A stretch of 64,000 nt of DNA, taken from Polaribacter sp. Lineage in GTDB: Bacteria > Bacteroidota > Bacteroidia > Flavobacteriales > Flavobacteriaceae. The translations under genes were made by a program, and so were the position numbers. Below, one piece after another: positions 10,817 to 20,921 of this stretch. Positions within the stretch are counted from its first letter, which is position 1; every line of letters starts with the position of its first letter. The notes under the pieces are model-generated. The model searched no databases and had not been told where the DNA came from. It saw only the letters and a list, made by a program, of their open reading frames with translations. The stretch is from the NCBI GenBank assembly GCA_028343155.1, contig JAOLXX010000008.1, positions 3,342-67,341 on the forward strand, read 5' to 3'.

Positions 10817-12172
10817 ATGGATAAAAATATCAAATCTAAAATTGATGGATTCATGGACTTGGTTAGAAAGAGAAATAACCATGAGCCAGAATTTTTACAA
10901 GCTGTAAAGGAAGTTGCAGAAACTGTAATTCCTTATATTGTAAATCATGAGATTTATCAAGGAAAAAATATCTTATTAAGAATGATAGAGCCTGAAAGAT
11001 TAATTTCTTTTCGTGTTTCTTGGGTAGATGATGATGGAGAAATTCAAGTAAATAGAGGTTATAGAATTCAAATGAATTCTGCCATTGGACCTTATAAAGG
11101 AGGTTTGCGTTTTCACCCAACAGTAAATGCAAGTATTTTAAAGTTTTTAGCTTTTGAACAAGTATTTAAAAACTCTTTAACAACTTTGCCAATGGGCGGA
11201 GGAAAAGGAGGTTCTGATTTTGATCCCAAAGGAAAATCTAACAATGAAATTATGCGTTTTTGTCACGCTTTTATGAGTGAATTATTTAGACATATTGGTC
11301 CAAATACAGATGTTCCTGCTGGAGATATTGGCGTTGGAGGTAGAGAAATTGGTTTTATGTTTGGAATGTACAAGAAATTAAACAACGAATTTACTGGTGT
11401 TTTAACGGGTAAAGGAGCTTCTTGGGGAGGATCTTTAATTAGACCAGAAGCAACTGGTTATGGAAATGTGTATTTTGCTCAGAATATGTTAAAAATAAAT
11501 AACGATTCTTTTGATAGAAAAAAAGTGGTTATTTCTGGTGCTGGAAACGTAGCACAATTTGCTGCTGAAAAAGCATTGGAATTAGGCGCAACAGTACTAA
11601 CCTTATCAGATTCTGGAGGATATATTTTAGATGAAGAAGGTATAGATACAGAAAAGTTGAAACATGTAATGTTTATTAAAAATGAAAAAAGAGGAAGAAT
11701 TAGTGAATATATTAAGAAATACCCAAACGCTAAATTTATTGCAGGAGAAAGACCTTGGTCTGTAAAATGTGATATTGCTTTGCCATGTGCAACTCAAAAT
11801 GAGTTAAATGGAGATGAAGCAAAACTTCTAGTTAAAAATGGTTGTATGTGTGTTTCTGAAGGTGCAAATATGCCTTCCACGCCAGAAGCAATTATTGAAT
11901 TTCATAAAGGAAATATTTTATTTGCTCCAGGAAAAGCATCTAATGCTGGTGGAGTTGCTACATCTGGTTTAGAAATGAGTCAGAATTCTTTAAGAATATC
12001 TTGGTCTAGAGAAGAAGTAGACGAAAAGTTAAAAGATATTATGGAAGATATTCATGATTCTTGTGTAAAGTATGGAGAAAATGAAGACGGAACCATAGAT
12101 TATATTAGAGGAGCAAATATTGCTGGTTTTGTAAAAGTTGCAGATGCGATGTTAGCACAAGGTGTTATTTAA
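10817..12172 (+). CDS. gdhA: Glutamate dehydrogenase (NADP-specific type)
   Basis: GPYKGGLRFH, GGGKGGSDFDP, DVPAGDIGVG, RPEATGYG, GKASNAGGV. Confidence 0.97.
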   Translation: MDKNIKSKIDGFMDLVRKRNNHEPEFLQAVKEVAETVIPYIVNHEIYQGKNILLRMIEPERLISFRVSWVDDDGEIQVNRGYRIQMNSAIGPYKGGLRFHPTVNASILKFLAFEQVFKNSLTTLPMGGGKGGSDFDPKGKSNNEIMRFCHAFMSELFRHIGPNTDVPAGDIGVGGREIGFMFGMYKKLNNEFTGVLTGKGASWGGSLIRPEATGYGNVYFAQNMLKINNDSFDRKKVVISGAGNVAQFAAEKALELGATVLTLSDSGGYILDEEGIDTEKLKHVMFIKNEKRGRISEYIKKYPNAKFIAGERPWSVKCDIALPCATQNELNGDEAKLLVKNGCMCVSEGANMPSTPEAIIEFHKGNILFAPGKASNAGGVATSGLEMSQNSLRISWSREEVDEKLKDIMEDIHDSCVKYGENEDGTIDYIRGANIAGFVKVADAMLAQGVI

Positions 12173-12193
12173 AAAAAGGTTTAAAAATACAAG

Positions 12194-12224
12194 AAACGTA
12201 TCAATTTTTTTGATACGTTTTTTT
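12194..12224 (+). terminator. Intrinsic terminator after gdhA
   Basis: AAACGTATCAA-N5-TTGATACGTTT followed by a T run. Confidence 0.75.
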
Positions 12225-12268
12225 GTACAATTTGTTTTAAAAAGGAATCTTTACCAATATTATTTTTG

Positions 12269-12889
12269 ATGATTTTAATATCTCTTTTTTTCTTCGGATT
12301 TTTCTTTTCATTTGTGGGTTCTATAACCCCAAGTATGTTAAACATGACTGCCTTAAAAATTAGTTTAGAAAAAGGAAAAACGGCTGTAAATAAATATGCA
12401 TTAGGAGTTTCTCTTCTAGTAATTCCGCAAGCTTATATTGCCGTTGTTTTAACTAAATATATTGCAAATAATCCTACTATTTTAGAAACCTTAGAAAAAG
12501 CAGGTATTTTTATATTCATTTTGTTGTCTTATTATTTTTATAGAGAATCTAAAAAAGGAAAAATTGAAGTAGAAGCAAAAAGAAACAAAAGAGAAAATGC
12601 TTTTTTATCTGGAATTACACTCTCTTTTTTAAACATGTTTGCAATTCCGTTTTTCTCAGGAATTGTAATATTGTTAGATACCTTTCATCAATTTAGTTTT
12701 GATGTTATTCCTGTTCTCTTTTTTGTTTTAGGATCTGTAATAGGCACATTTTATATTCTTTTTTTATATGGGAAATTCGCAAAAAAAATTCAGCAAAAAA
12801 CAGGGAAATTAACAAAAGACATCAATTTAATTTTATCGGTTTTAACTGGTTTGTTAGCAATTATATCAATTTTAAAACTTCTTTTTTAA
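12269..12889 (+). CDS. LysE-family translocator
   Basis: GSITPSMLNMTA N-terminal motif, F..G..LS.LN....PF, six hydrophobic helices. Confidence 0.75.
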   Translation: MILISLFFFGFFFSFVGSITPSMLNMTALKISLEKGKTAVNKYALGVSLLVIPQAYIAVVLTKYIANNPTILETLEKAGIFIFILLSYYFYRESKKGKIEVEAKRNKRENAFLSGITLSFLNMFAIPFFSGIVILLDTFHQFSFDVIPVLFFVLGSVIGTFYILFLYGKFAKKIQQKTGKLTKDINLILSVLTGLLAIISILKLLF

Positions 12890-13022
12890 AGGAAGGAATC
12901 CTAGTTTGTTCCTTTTTTGTGGTAAGTTAGCAGAAATAATTCAGTAGAAAACAGTAAACGGAACCAATAAAATAAATTTATTTTTATTATTGATATTAGC
13001 TACAACCCAATATTTGCAGTTA

Positions 13023-13044
13023 ATACCAGGAATTGGTATATTTG
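13023..13044 (+). promoter_or_regulatory. parDE promoter (TATATTTG) overlapping an inverted-repeat operator
   Basis: ATACCA-N5-TGGTAT (13023-13039) overlaps the TAnnTTTG box at 13037-13044, 17 nt before the parD ATG. Confidence 0.55.
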
Positions 13045-13061
13045 CAACAAATCATAGAATT

Positions 13062-13316
13062 ATGGCAAAAAACACATCAATTTTATTAGGAGATTACTTT
13101 AATGAGTTTATAAGTGAACAAATCACAACTGGAAGGTTTTCATCAGCAAGTGAAGTTGTTAGGTCGGCTTTGAGATTATTTGAACAAGAGGAAAACAAGA
13201 AAATAGAATTAATTAAAGAACTAAAAAAAGGAGAAAACTCAGGATTTATCGAAAACTTTAATAAGAAGGAATTTATAACTTCAATGCATAATAAGTATTC
13301 TAGTGGCGAATTATAA
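13062..13316 (+). CDS. parD: ParD-family (RHH) antitoxin
   Basis: MAKNTSILLG..F..FI..QI..GRFSSASEVVRSALRL; start moved from the ORF-track TTG to ATG 13062. Confidence 0.9.
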   Translation: MAKNTSILLGDYFNEFISEQITTGRFSSASEVVRSALRLFEQEENKKIELIKELKKGENSGFIENFNKKEFITSMHNKYSSGEL

Positions 13317-13602
13317 AATAAGTATTGAAGCAGGGAAAGACCTTGAAAAAATATGGGCAAATACATTTGAAACTTGGTCAATTGAACAAGCTGATAGATA
13401 TATAAACCAGATTATTGAGGAAATTGAATATATAGCTGTCAAACCTGAAAGTGGAAAAGACTTTAGCTATATAAGAAAAGGGTATTTAAGGACTAAAGTC
13501 AAGCTTCATTTTATATTTTATAAAGTAGACAAAAAGAATAAAATAGTCGAAATTATCCGTATTCTTCATCAAAGAATGGATATTGAAAATAGACTAAAAT
13601 AG
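13303..13602 (+). CDS. parE: ParE/RelE-family toxin
   Basis: A.KDLEKIW..T...WS.EQADRY, HFIFY, IIRILHQRMD; overlaps the antitoxin stop. Confidence 0.9.
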   Translation: MANYKISIEAGKDLEKIWANTFETWSIEQADRYINQIIEEIEYIAVKPESGKDFSYIRKGYLRTKVKLHFIFYKVDKKNKIVEIIRILHQRMDIENRLK

Positions 13603-13608
13603 GCAATA

Positions 13609-13802
13609 GCCAACAAAGATGTGTATATTTAATGCGGGGTTTGGTTTTTAATTCAAAGTTTTGTGTGTTTTTACTAAGTCCGTCAAATCATTTTGATTTG
13701 ACTTTTGATTAAACAAGATAAAGGCAAACAAAATGCTTTGCCTCGTGCTTAACTGAAAGTCTTCTGACTTTCTATTTCCGCACTAAACATACACGCAACG
13801 TT
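13609..13802 (+). repeat. attC-like long folded element
   Basis: AAC...GTT termini; arms GTGTATATTTAATGCGG (13621-13637) and CCGCACTAAACATACAC (13778-13794); three internal hairpins. Confidence 0.65.
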
Positions 13803-14088
13803 ATTTATAAGTTGAAAAAAACCATCTCCATACAAAACAGAGTGCCCAAAAAGGCACACATTGTTTTTCTTCTTCATTAAATAGTAATTCAACAAAAAAC
13901 ATTAAATTCAGCAAAAAACAGGAAAATTAAAAAAGATTGTTTAGTTAATAAAACTGAAATTAGATTTCCTAGTTCATTAAGTTTTAAACCAAAAAAAAAT
14001 AAAAATGTTACACAACCTCTAAAAATTTTATGCAGGTAAATTAAACCAGATGTTAAATTTACAGTCTAAACTGCTAAACCTCAAACCT

Positions 14089-15378
14089 ATGAATAAAATA
14101 GTGTTTTTTGTATTGCTACTTATATTTAGCGCTTGTTCTAAAGATGAAGAGATTATTACTACAACAAATCAAAAACCAAATATACTTTTGATAATAGCAG
14201 ATGATATGGGATTAGATGCAGCGACTGGTTATTCTATTGGAGCTACCAAGCCATATATGCCAACTATTAATAATATAATAAACAATGGAATTCTGTTTAA
14301 CAATTTTTGGGTAAACCCAGCTTGCACACCTACCAGAGCAAGTATAATAACAGGAAAATATGGATTTAGAACTAATGTAACTAAGGTTGGAGATCATTTA
14401 GCTACTTCAGAAATGTCATTACAAAAATATATATCTAATAACACCTCATATAGTAATGCGGTTATTGGAAAATGGCACTTATCTAATGATGCTAATCATC
14501 CAACAGAAATGGGAGTAGATTATTATGCAGGTTCCCTAGGGGGAGGTGTAGCCTCATACACTAATTGGGGTTTTACCCAAAATGGAGAAACAATTAATTC
14601 ACAAGAATATACAACAACAAAATTTACAGATTTATCCATAGATTGGATAAAAGAACAAACCTCTCCATGGTTTTTATGGCTGGCTTATAATGCTCCACAT
14701 ACACCATTTCATTTCCCTCCAGAAAGCTTACATCATCAAGGTGCTTTACCAACAGACCAAGCAAGTATAAACGCAAACCCATTACCTTACTATATGGCCA
14801 TGATAGAAGCAATGGATACAGAAATAGGACGATTATTAAATTCGATGTCTCAAGAAGAAAAAGACAATACTATTGTCATTTTTATAGGAGACAATGGTAC
14901 TCCAAATGCAGTTGCTCAAGAGTTTAATAGTAGACGTACAAAAGGAACCGTTTATAAAGGAGGAATTAATGTGCCTATGTATATTTCTGGACATGGAGTA
15001 AGTAGAATAAACGAACAAGAAGATGCGCTAATAAATGCAACCGATTTGTATATCACAATTGCAAATATTGCAGGTGTTAACACTACAAATTTAAACGATA
15101 GCAAAAGTTTTTACAGTTTACTTTCTGGTGATAACATTAATTCTAGAGAATATATATATTCTGAAATTGGAGGAAGTGCCAGTGAATCTGATTATACAAT
15201 TAGAAATAACACTCATAAATACATAAAATTCAATAATGGCAACGAGGCGCTATTTGATTTAAGTGCTAATCCAATGGAAAACCCAAACTTACTCAACGCA
15301 AACCAATTACCTCTTAGCAGTCAGGATGAAAGCATTAAAAATGAACTCACATCTAAATTATTAGAAATAAGACAGTAA
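14089..15378 (+). CDS. Formylglycine-dependent (S1) sulfatase, lipoprotein
   Basis: Lipobox FSAC; PNILLIIADD, CTPTR (CxPxR), GKWHL, NAPHTP, GDNG. Confidence 0.92.
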   Translation: MNKIVFFVLLLIFSACSKDEEIITTTNQKPNILLIIADDMGLDAATGYSIGATKPYMPTINNIINNGILFNNFWVNPACTPTRASIITGKYGFRTNVTKVGDHLATSEMSLQKYISNNTSYSNAVIGKWHLSNDANHPTEMGVDYYAGSLGGGVASYTNWGFTQNGETINSQEYTTTKFTDLSIDWIKEQTSPWFLWLAYNAPHTPFHFPPESLHHQGALPTDQASINANPLPYYMAMIEAMDTEIGRLLNSMSQEEKDNTIVIFIGDNGTPNAVAQEFNSRRTKGTVYKGGINVPMYISGHGVSRINEQEDALINATDLYITIANIAGVNTTNLNDSKSFYSLLSGDNINSREYIYSEIGGSASESDYTIRNNTHKYIKFNNGNEALFDLSANPMENPNLLNANQLPLSSQDESIKNELTSKLLEIRQ

Positions 15379-15502
15379 AAGAAATTTAACTCACCTTTGG
15401 TCATTCTAATTATTTTAAGATTGATACATTTTATGAGGTTGGACTAACCAATTATCCTTAATTTATAGTTATAGGGTAACAAATATTTTAATTATTAATA
15501 TC

Positions 15503-16468
15503 ATGAGAAAAATTTATGCAATTTTAGTTTTGTCAATTATTATCATAGGGTGTTCTTCCCGTAAAGAAGAAGAAGATTTAATTTCTCAAAACTGTGTTAA
15601 AGACTATACCTTAAGTACCACAGGAATTGATTGTGATAAATCTGGATTTACAGATGGAGTATATGTAGAGACAAGGTTAAGAGGAACAAGAAACATTACT
15701 TGTAATGCTAAACCAAATCATGATTATTGGGTAAAATCCGAGAGAGAAGAAGCTACTGGTGCAGGCGTAGATCATAGTTTTAGCATGGATTTTAATCCCT
15801 CGCTGTCTGATGTTAAAACTTCTATTTTATCAGAAACAAATACTCCAAAATTTTTCTTTGGCGTAGCGCTCAATGGGGTTATAATAGCACCTGGACCAGG
15901 TGAGCCTTTTATTTTTCTTGATCAAACTACTAATGAATACAACTTGGACTGGGTTTTTGAACCTACAAACAATATGGGATTAGGCGAGAATTTAGTCAAA
16001 TTAGATTGTTCATCTGCACACTCAAATGATAATGCAGGATAACATTATCATGGAAATATGTATGAGTTAGCAGATAAACTTTATTCTGGGATTAGTAGCG
16101 GAGATGTAGTTCCTGATAAACCTATACAAATTGGTTGGGCATCAGATGGTTTTCCAATATTATATTTATACGGACCAGATACTAATGGACAATTAAAAAA
16201 AATGCAACCTAGCTATGGGTTTAAAGAAGGGGAAAGACCTGGTGATGGAATTACAGCTCCGTGTGGTACATATGATGGTAGATATACTAAAGATTATAAA
16301 TATACAAGCAATTTAGGAGATTTAGATGAATGTAATGGAGTAGCAAATACAGTAACGATTACTACCGCTATTGGAGAAGAAACATTTGACTATTATTATG
16401 TTATCACCGAACATTTTCCACAAATTCCAAGATGTTTTTCAGGTACACCACATCAAAGTTTTAGATAA
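15503..16468 (+). pseudogene. YHYH-domain lipoprotein with an internal nonsense codon
   Basis: Two ORFs in one frame; TAA at 16040-16042 gives AG*HYHG; GVALNGV, IGWASDGFPI, DLDECNG, YYYVIT..FP. Confidence 0.85.
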
Positions 16469-16471
16469 AAT

Positions 16472-16921
16472 ATGAAAAAATTATTATTAATATTGGGATT
16501 ATTTCTCTGCAAATTCACTTATGCGCATGATGTGAATATGACTGTTTTTACATTGTCTAAATATGAGGATAAATATAAATTGGAAATAAAATTTATTAAA
16601 CATGATATAGAAAAAGAACTAATTAACCCTAATACTTCTGCAATATCAAATTATATAAATCAACATACAAGTTGGTTCATTAACAATAAAGAATTGTGTT
16701 TTAGTGATTTTGAAATTGTAGAAAGTATACATTTAATTAAAGTAATTTGCTATTCAAATTCTATAAATATCCAAGGAGAAATAAAAAATATTGAATTGAA
16801 GAATGAGTGTTTACTCAAAAGATTTCCCAATCAATATAATATAATAAAACTATTGTTAGCTAAAAAAAAGAGAGTATTTAGGATGGATGCTAAAAAAAAG
16901 GAATTAAGCATAAAATATTAA
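16472..16921 (+). CDS. Secreted hypothetical protein (DUF6702-like)
   Basis: Signal peptide ending TYA-H; abuts the YHYH gene. Confidence 0.55.
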   Translation: MKKLLLILGLFLCKFTYAHDVNMTVFTLSKYEDKYKLEIKFIKHDIEKELINPNTSAISNYINQHTSWFINNKELCFSDFEIVESIHLIKVICYSNSINIQGEIKNIELKNECLLKRFPNQYNIIKLLLAKKKRVFRMDAKKKELSIKY

Positions 16922-17063
16922 TTGATTTCAATAACCATTTGACATAGGCACACTGCATAAGTTGGTGCGTTTTATTAAAGTTAGCTAAAGCGAAAGTAAA
17001 TACTTTTTATATCTTACTATTCTTTTATGAACCGTCCACTTTAATGGCGTTACTCTTATAAAA

Positions 17064-17903
17064 ATGAAAATAATTAAAAATATTACTGTTGAAGGAAAAC
17101 ATGAAAAACCAATTGTAACAGATGTTTTTTATAAAGAAACACATCAACCAAAAAAGACTGTAATTTTTTGCCATGGTTACAAAGGTTTTAAAGATTGGGG
17201 CGCTTGGAATTTAATGGCAGAAGAATATGCAAAAGCAGGATTTTTCTTTATCAAATTCAATTTTTCTCATAATGGAGGTACTGTAGAAAATCCAATTGAT
17301 TTTCCAGATTTAAAAGCTTTTGGAAACAACAATTATACTAAGGAGTTGGATGACTTAGAAAGTGTAATTAATTGGATTTCTGCAAATTCTGATTTTATAA
17401 ATGAAATTGATTTAAATAATATTTCAATAATTGGACATAGCAGAGGAGGGGGTATTGTACTTTTAAAAGCTTATGAAGATGTTAGGGTGAAAAAAGTAAT
17501 AACTCTTGCAGGAGTTTGTGATTTTAGTAAAAGAAGTTCCACTATTGGAGATTTACAAAACTGGAAAAATGACGGGGTAAAATATGTTTTAAATGGACGA
17601 ACTAAACAAAATATGCCTCATTTTTATCAGTTCTATGAAGATTTTAAAGCACATGAAGAACGCTTAAATATTCAAAAAGCAACAGAAAGTATAAGTATTC
17701 CGCATTTAATAATTCATGGAAATAAAGATGCGTCAGTACTTATAAAAGAGGCAGAAAATTTACATCATTGGAATTCTAAAAGTGAATATCATATTATTGA
17801 AAACGCCAACCATGTTTTTAATGTTTCTCATCCTTGGGAAAAACAAAAAATGTCTAAAGAATTAGAAGAAGTTTCTCAACTTTGCCTTTCTTTTTTGAGG
17901 TAA
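17064..17903 (+). CDS. Alpha/beta hydrolase
   Basis: HGYKGFKDWG, nucleophile GHSRGG, IHG.KD, NHVF. Confidence 0.9.
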   Translation: MKIIKNITVEGKHEKPIVTDVFYKETHQPKKTVIFCHGYKGFKDWGAWNLMAEEYAKAGFFFIKFNFSHNGGTVENPIDFPDLKAFGNNNYTKELDDLESVINWISANSDFINEIDLNNISIIGHSRGGGIVLLKAYEDVRVKKVITLAGVCDFSKRSSTIGDLQNWKNDGVKYVLNGRTKQNMPHFYQFYEDFKAHEERLNIQKATESISIPHLIIHGNKDASVLIKEAENLHHWNSKSEYHIIENANHVFNVSHPWEKQKMSKELEEVSQLCLSFLR

Positions 17904-17920
17904 ATTATTGTTATACGTAT

Positions 17921-18011
17921 AAACTCCACAAACTTGTCACGCTAGAAGCGTCTCCTATCAAGTGAGTTCCTTTTTTGAGATTCCTCCGGAATGACAAACT
18001 GTGTAGAGTTT
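17921..18011. repeat. REP-like palindromic element
   Basis: Imperfect inverted ends AAACTCCACAAACTTGTCA / TGACAAACTGTGTAGAGTTT with internal GAGATTCCTCCGGAATGAC. Confidence 0.55.
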
Positions 18012-18092
18012 GTTTGTGTAAATAGAACTGTTTGTCTTCTAAATAATTAGAGAAATTCGTATAATTCGTGTCTCATTTTGTATTTTCGAAAC

Positions 18093-19175
18093 ATGGAATT
18101 ACAACCTCCTTTTAGAAAAATTATTCATGTAGATATGGATGCATATTATGCATCTGTAGCGCAATTAGACAATCCAGAATTAAGAGGAAAAGCAATTGCT
18201 GTTGGAGGTGAAGGTAGAAGAGGTGTTATTTCTGCAGCAAGTTATGAAGCGCGTAAGTTTGGTGTAAGGTCTGCAATGAGCGGAATGTTAGCAAGACAAA
18301 AATGTCCACATTTAATTTTTGTAAAATCAGACTTTGCACGTTACAAAGAAATATCAGCAAAAATTAGAGAAATTTTCTACGATTATACAGACTTGGTAGA
18401 ACCACTTTCTTTAGATGAAGCTTATTTAGATATTACAGAAAATAAGAAAGCAAACCCGTCTGCAAATGATATTGCTAGAGAAATTAGACAACGTATTTTT
18501 GATGAAACAGGTTTAAGAGCTTCCGCAGGAATTTCTATTAATAAATTTATAGCAAAAGTAGCCTCAGATATTAACAAACCCAATGGACAAAAAACGGTTC
18601 ATCCAGATGAGGTAATTCAGTTTTTAGAAGAATTACCAGTTAATAAATTTTATGGAGTAGGTAAAGTTACTGCTGCAAAAATGTATAATTTGGGGATTTT
18701 TGTTGGGAACGATTTAAAGAAAAAAACTTTAGAAGAATTGGTTCTTTTATTCGGAAAATCTGGCACCCATTATTACAATATTGTTCGCGGAATTCATAAT
18801 AGTCCTGTAAAACCAAATAGAATTCGAAAATCAATTGCAGCGGAACGCACTTTTTTTGAAAACATTTCTTCGGAAATTTTTATGTTAGAAAAGTTAGAGA
18901 AGATTGCCATTGAACTAGAAAAAAGAATGATAAAGTCTGATACTAAAGGAAAAACAATTACCTTAAAAATTAAATATTCAGATTTTACACAACAGACTAG
19001 AAGCAAAACAAAAGCAGATTTTATGCAAACTAAAGAGCGGTTTTTTCCTGTTGTAAAAGAATTATTGTTTCAAGATAAATTAACAAACTCCGTCCGTTTA
19101 TTAGGTTTGTCTTTTGGCAATTTAAACACCATAGTAAAAGAGCCTGTTTGGGTACAATTAAAATTTGATTTTTAG
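18093..19175 (+). CDS. dinB: DNA polymerase IV
   Basis: IIHVDMDAYYASV, SYEARKFGVRSAM, SLDEAYLD, AKVASDINKPNG. Confidence 0.96.
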   Translation: MELQPPFRKIIHVDMDAYYASVAQLDNPELRGKAIAVGGEGRRGVISAASYEARKFGVRSAMSGMLARQKCPHLIFVKSDFARYKEISAKIREIFYDYTDLVEPLSLDEAYLDITENKKANPSANDIAREIRQRIFDETGLRASAGISINKFIAKVASDINKPNGQKTVHPDEVIQFLEELPVNKFYGVGKVTAAKMYNLGIFVGNDLKKKTLEELVLLFGKSGTHYYNIVRGIHNSPVKPNRIRKSIAAERTFFENISSEIFMLEKLEKIAIELEKRMIKSDTKGKTITLKIKYSDFTQQTRSKTKADFMQTKERFFPVVKELLFQDKLTNSVRLLGLSFGNLNTIVKEPVWVQLKFDF

Positions 19176-19178
19176 CAT

Positions 19179-19247
19179 CGTCATTACAAGGAAGTATTAC
19201 GAAGTAATCTGCTTTTAATGATGAGATTGCTTCCTTGTTCGCAATGA
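19179..19247. repeat. REP-like palindromic element
   Basis: GTCATTACAAG..GAAGTAATCT paired with AGATTGCTTC..TCGCAATGA right after the dinB stop. Confidence 0.6.
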
Positions 19248-19263
19248 AAAAAAAGAAATAAGC

Positions 19264-19738
19264 ATGAACATAAATATACTAAGAACCAGTTCTAAAAATA
19301 AAGACTTTATTGATTTGGTAAAAGAGTTGGATGCATATCTTAAAATTACCGATGGAGATGACCATGAATTTTAATCAGTTTAATAATATTGATGTTTTAA
19401 AAAATGTTGTTGTACTTTATGTTGATACAGAAATAAATTCAGTACAAGTAAAAGTAGCAGTTGGTTGTGGAGCAATAAAAAAGTTTGATGCTAATGCTGT
19501 TGAAGTAAAAAGAATGTTTGTTTTACCAGAAAAAAGAGGAAAAGGAATATCACAAAAAATACTGCAAGAATTAGAAACTTGGGCAAAAGAATTAGGTTAT
19601 AAAAGTTGTGTTTTAGAAACCGGAAAAAGACAAGTGGAAGTAGTAAAGTTTTATAAGAAATGTAATTATAAAATTATTCCGAATTACGGTCAATACCAAA
19701 AATTGGAAAATAGTATTTGTTTTGAAAAAGTATTGTGA
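19264..19738 (+). pseudogene. GNAT acetyltransferase, frameshifted
   Basis: MNINILRTSS..LDAYLKITDGDDHEF* in one frame; continues NQFNNID..VGCGAIK..EVKRMFV..RGKG..LETG in another; shift near 19370. Confidence 0.8.
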
Positions 19739-19754
19739 AAATTAATCACTTAAA

Positions 19755-20921
19755 ATGAAAGAATCTTTCCTTACAGATATTTCTAACAAAGACAGCACAA
19801 TTGTTTTTGATGTTATTATAATTGGTGGAGGTTTAGCGGGTTTGTGTAACGCAATTCATTTGTCTAAATATGATAAAAAAGTTTTACTAATTGAAAAAAA
19901 TGAATATCCAAAACACAAAGTTTGTGGCGAATATATTTCGAACGAAGTATTGCCTTATTTAAAATTTTTAGAGGTTAATCCATTTGATTTTGGAGCTGTT
20001 AAAATTGATGAATTTCAATTATCGACTACAAAAAACAAGGTTATTTCTGCAATACTACCTTTGGGCGGATTTGGAATTTCTCGTTATCAATTAGATGCTG
20101 TTTTAGCAGAAAAAGCGAAAGAAAATGGTGTTACAATTTTACAAGATCAAGTTATAAATATTGATTTTAAAAAAGATCTTTTTTTAGTTGAAACGAAAGA
20201 AAATAAAATTTTTACAACCAAAATTACCATTGGTGCTTTTGGAAAAAGATCTTTATTAGATGTAAAAATGGAACGAGATTTTATAAAAAAAACATCGCCA
20301 TATTTAGGAGTGAAAATTCATGTTAAAGGAAGTTTTCCTAATAATTTGGTAGCACTACATAATTTTAAAGGTGGTTATTGTGGTGTCTCTAAAGTAGAAA
20401 AAAATGTAATTAACTTGTGTTATATTACCAATTATTAATCTTTTAAAAAATATAAAAACATTGAAGATTTTCAAAGACAAGTTGTTTTTAAAAATAAATT
20501 CTTAAAAGAAATATTTAATAATTCTGAAGCTATTTTTGAAAAACCATTAACGATTAGTCTGGTTTCTTTTAAAACAAAAAAACCAGTTGAAAACCATGTT
20601 TTAATGTCTGGAGATGCAGCAGGAATGATTCATCCTCTTTGTGGAAACGGAATGAGTATGGCTATTCAATCTGCTCAATTAGCATCTAAACTCATTCTAA
20701 ATTACCAGAATGGAGAAATTGATTCGAGAAAAGAACTCGAAAAGCAATATCTTAGACAATGGAATAAGAAGTTCGGTTTTCGTTTAAAAGTAGGACATTT
20801 TATTTCAATGTTGTTCAGAAAAGATAGAATTGCAACGGTTTTACTTCAAGCTTTAAAAAAGTTGCCTTTTTTATTGCCAATAATTATAAAGCAAACACAT
20901 GGTAAACCAATGAAGCTTTAA
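19755..20921 (+). pseudogene. FAD-dependent oxidoreductase/hydroxylase with an internal nonsense codon
   Basis: GGGLAG, KVCGEYIS; TAA at 20436-20438; the same frame stays open to GDAAGMIHPLCGNGM. Confidence 0.85.

Noticed and set aside
16925-17000. Another attC-like element closing the sulfatase/YHYH island
   Set aside because: Only a vague resemblance; no pairing arms could be identified
12900-17060. Prophage or ICE
   Set aside because: No integrase, phage structural, relaxase or conjugation genes in the island or the window
19331-19738. Intact 135-aa GNAT as given by the ORF track
   Set aside because: Its N-terminus is out of frame; the real N-terminus starts at 19264 in another frame
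6776-20438. Stop-codon reassignment or programmed readthrough explaining the in-frame stops
   Set aside because: The stops differ (TAG at a Trp position, TAA at a Tyr position, TAA elsewhere), TAA and TAG end normal genes throughout, and frameshifts co-occur; ordinary pseudogenisation is simpler
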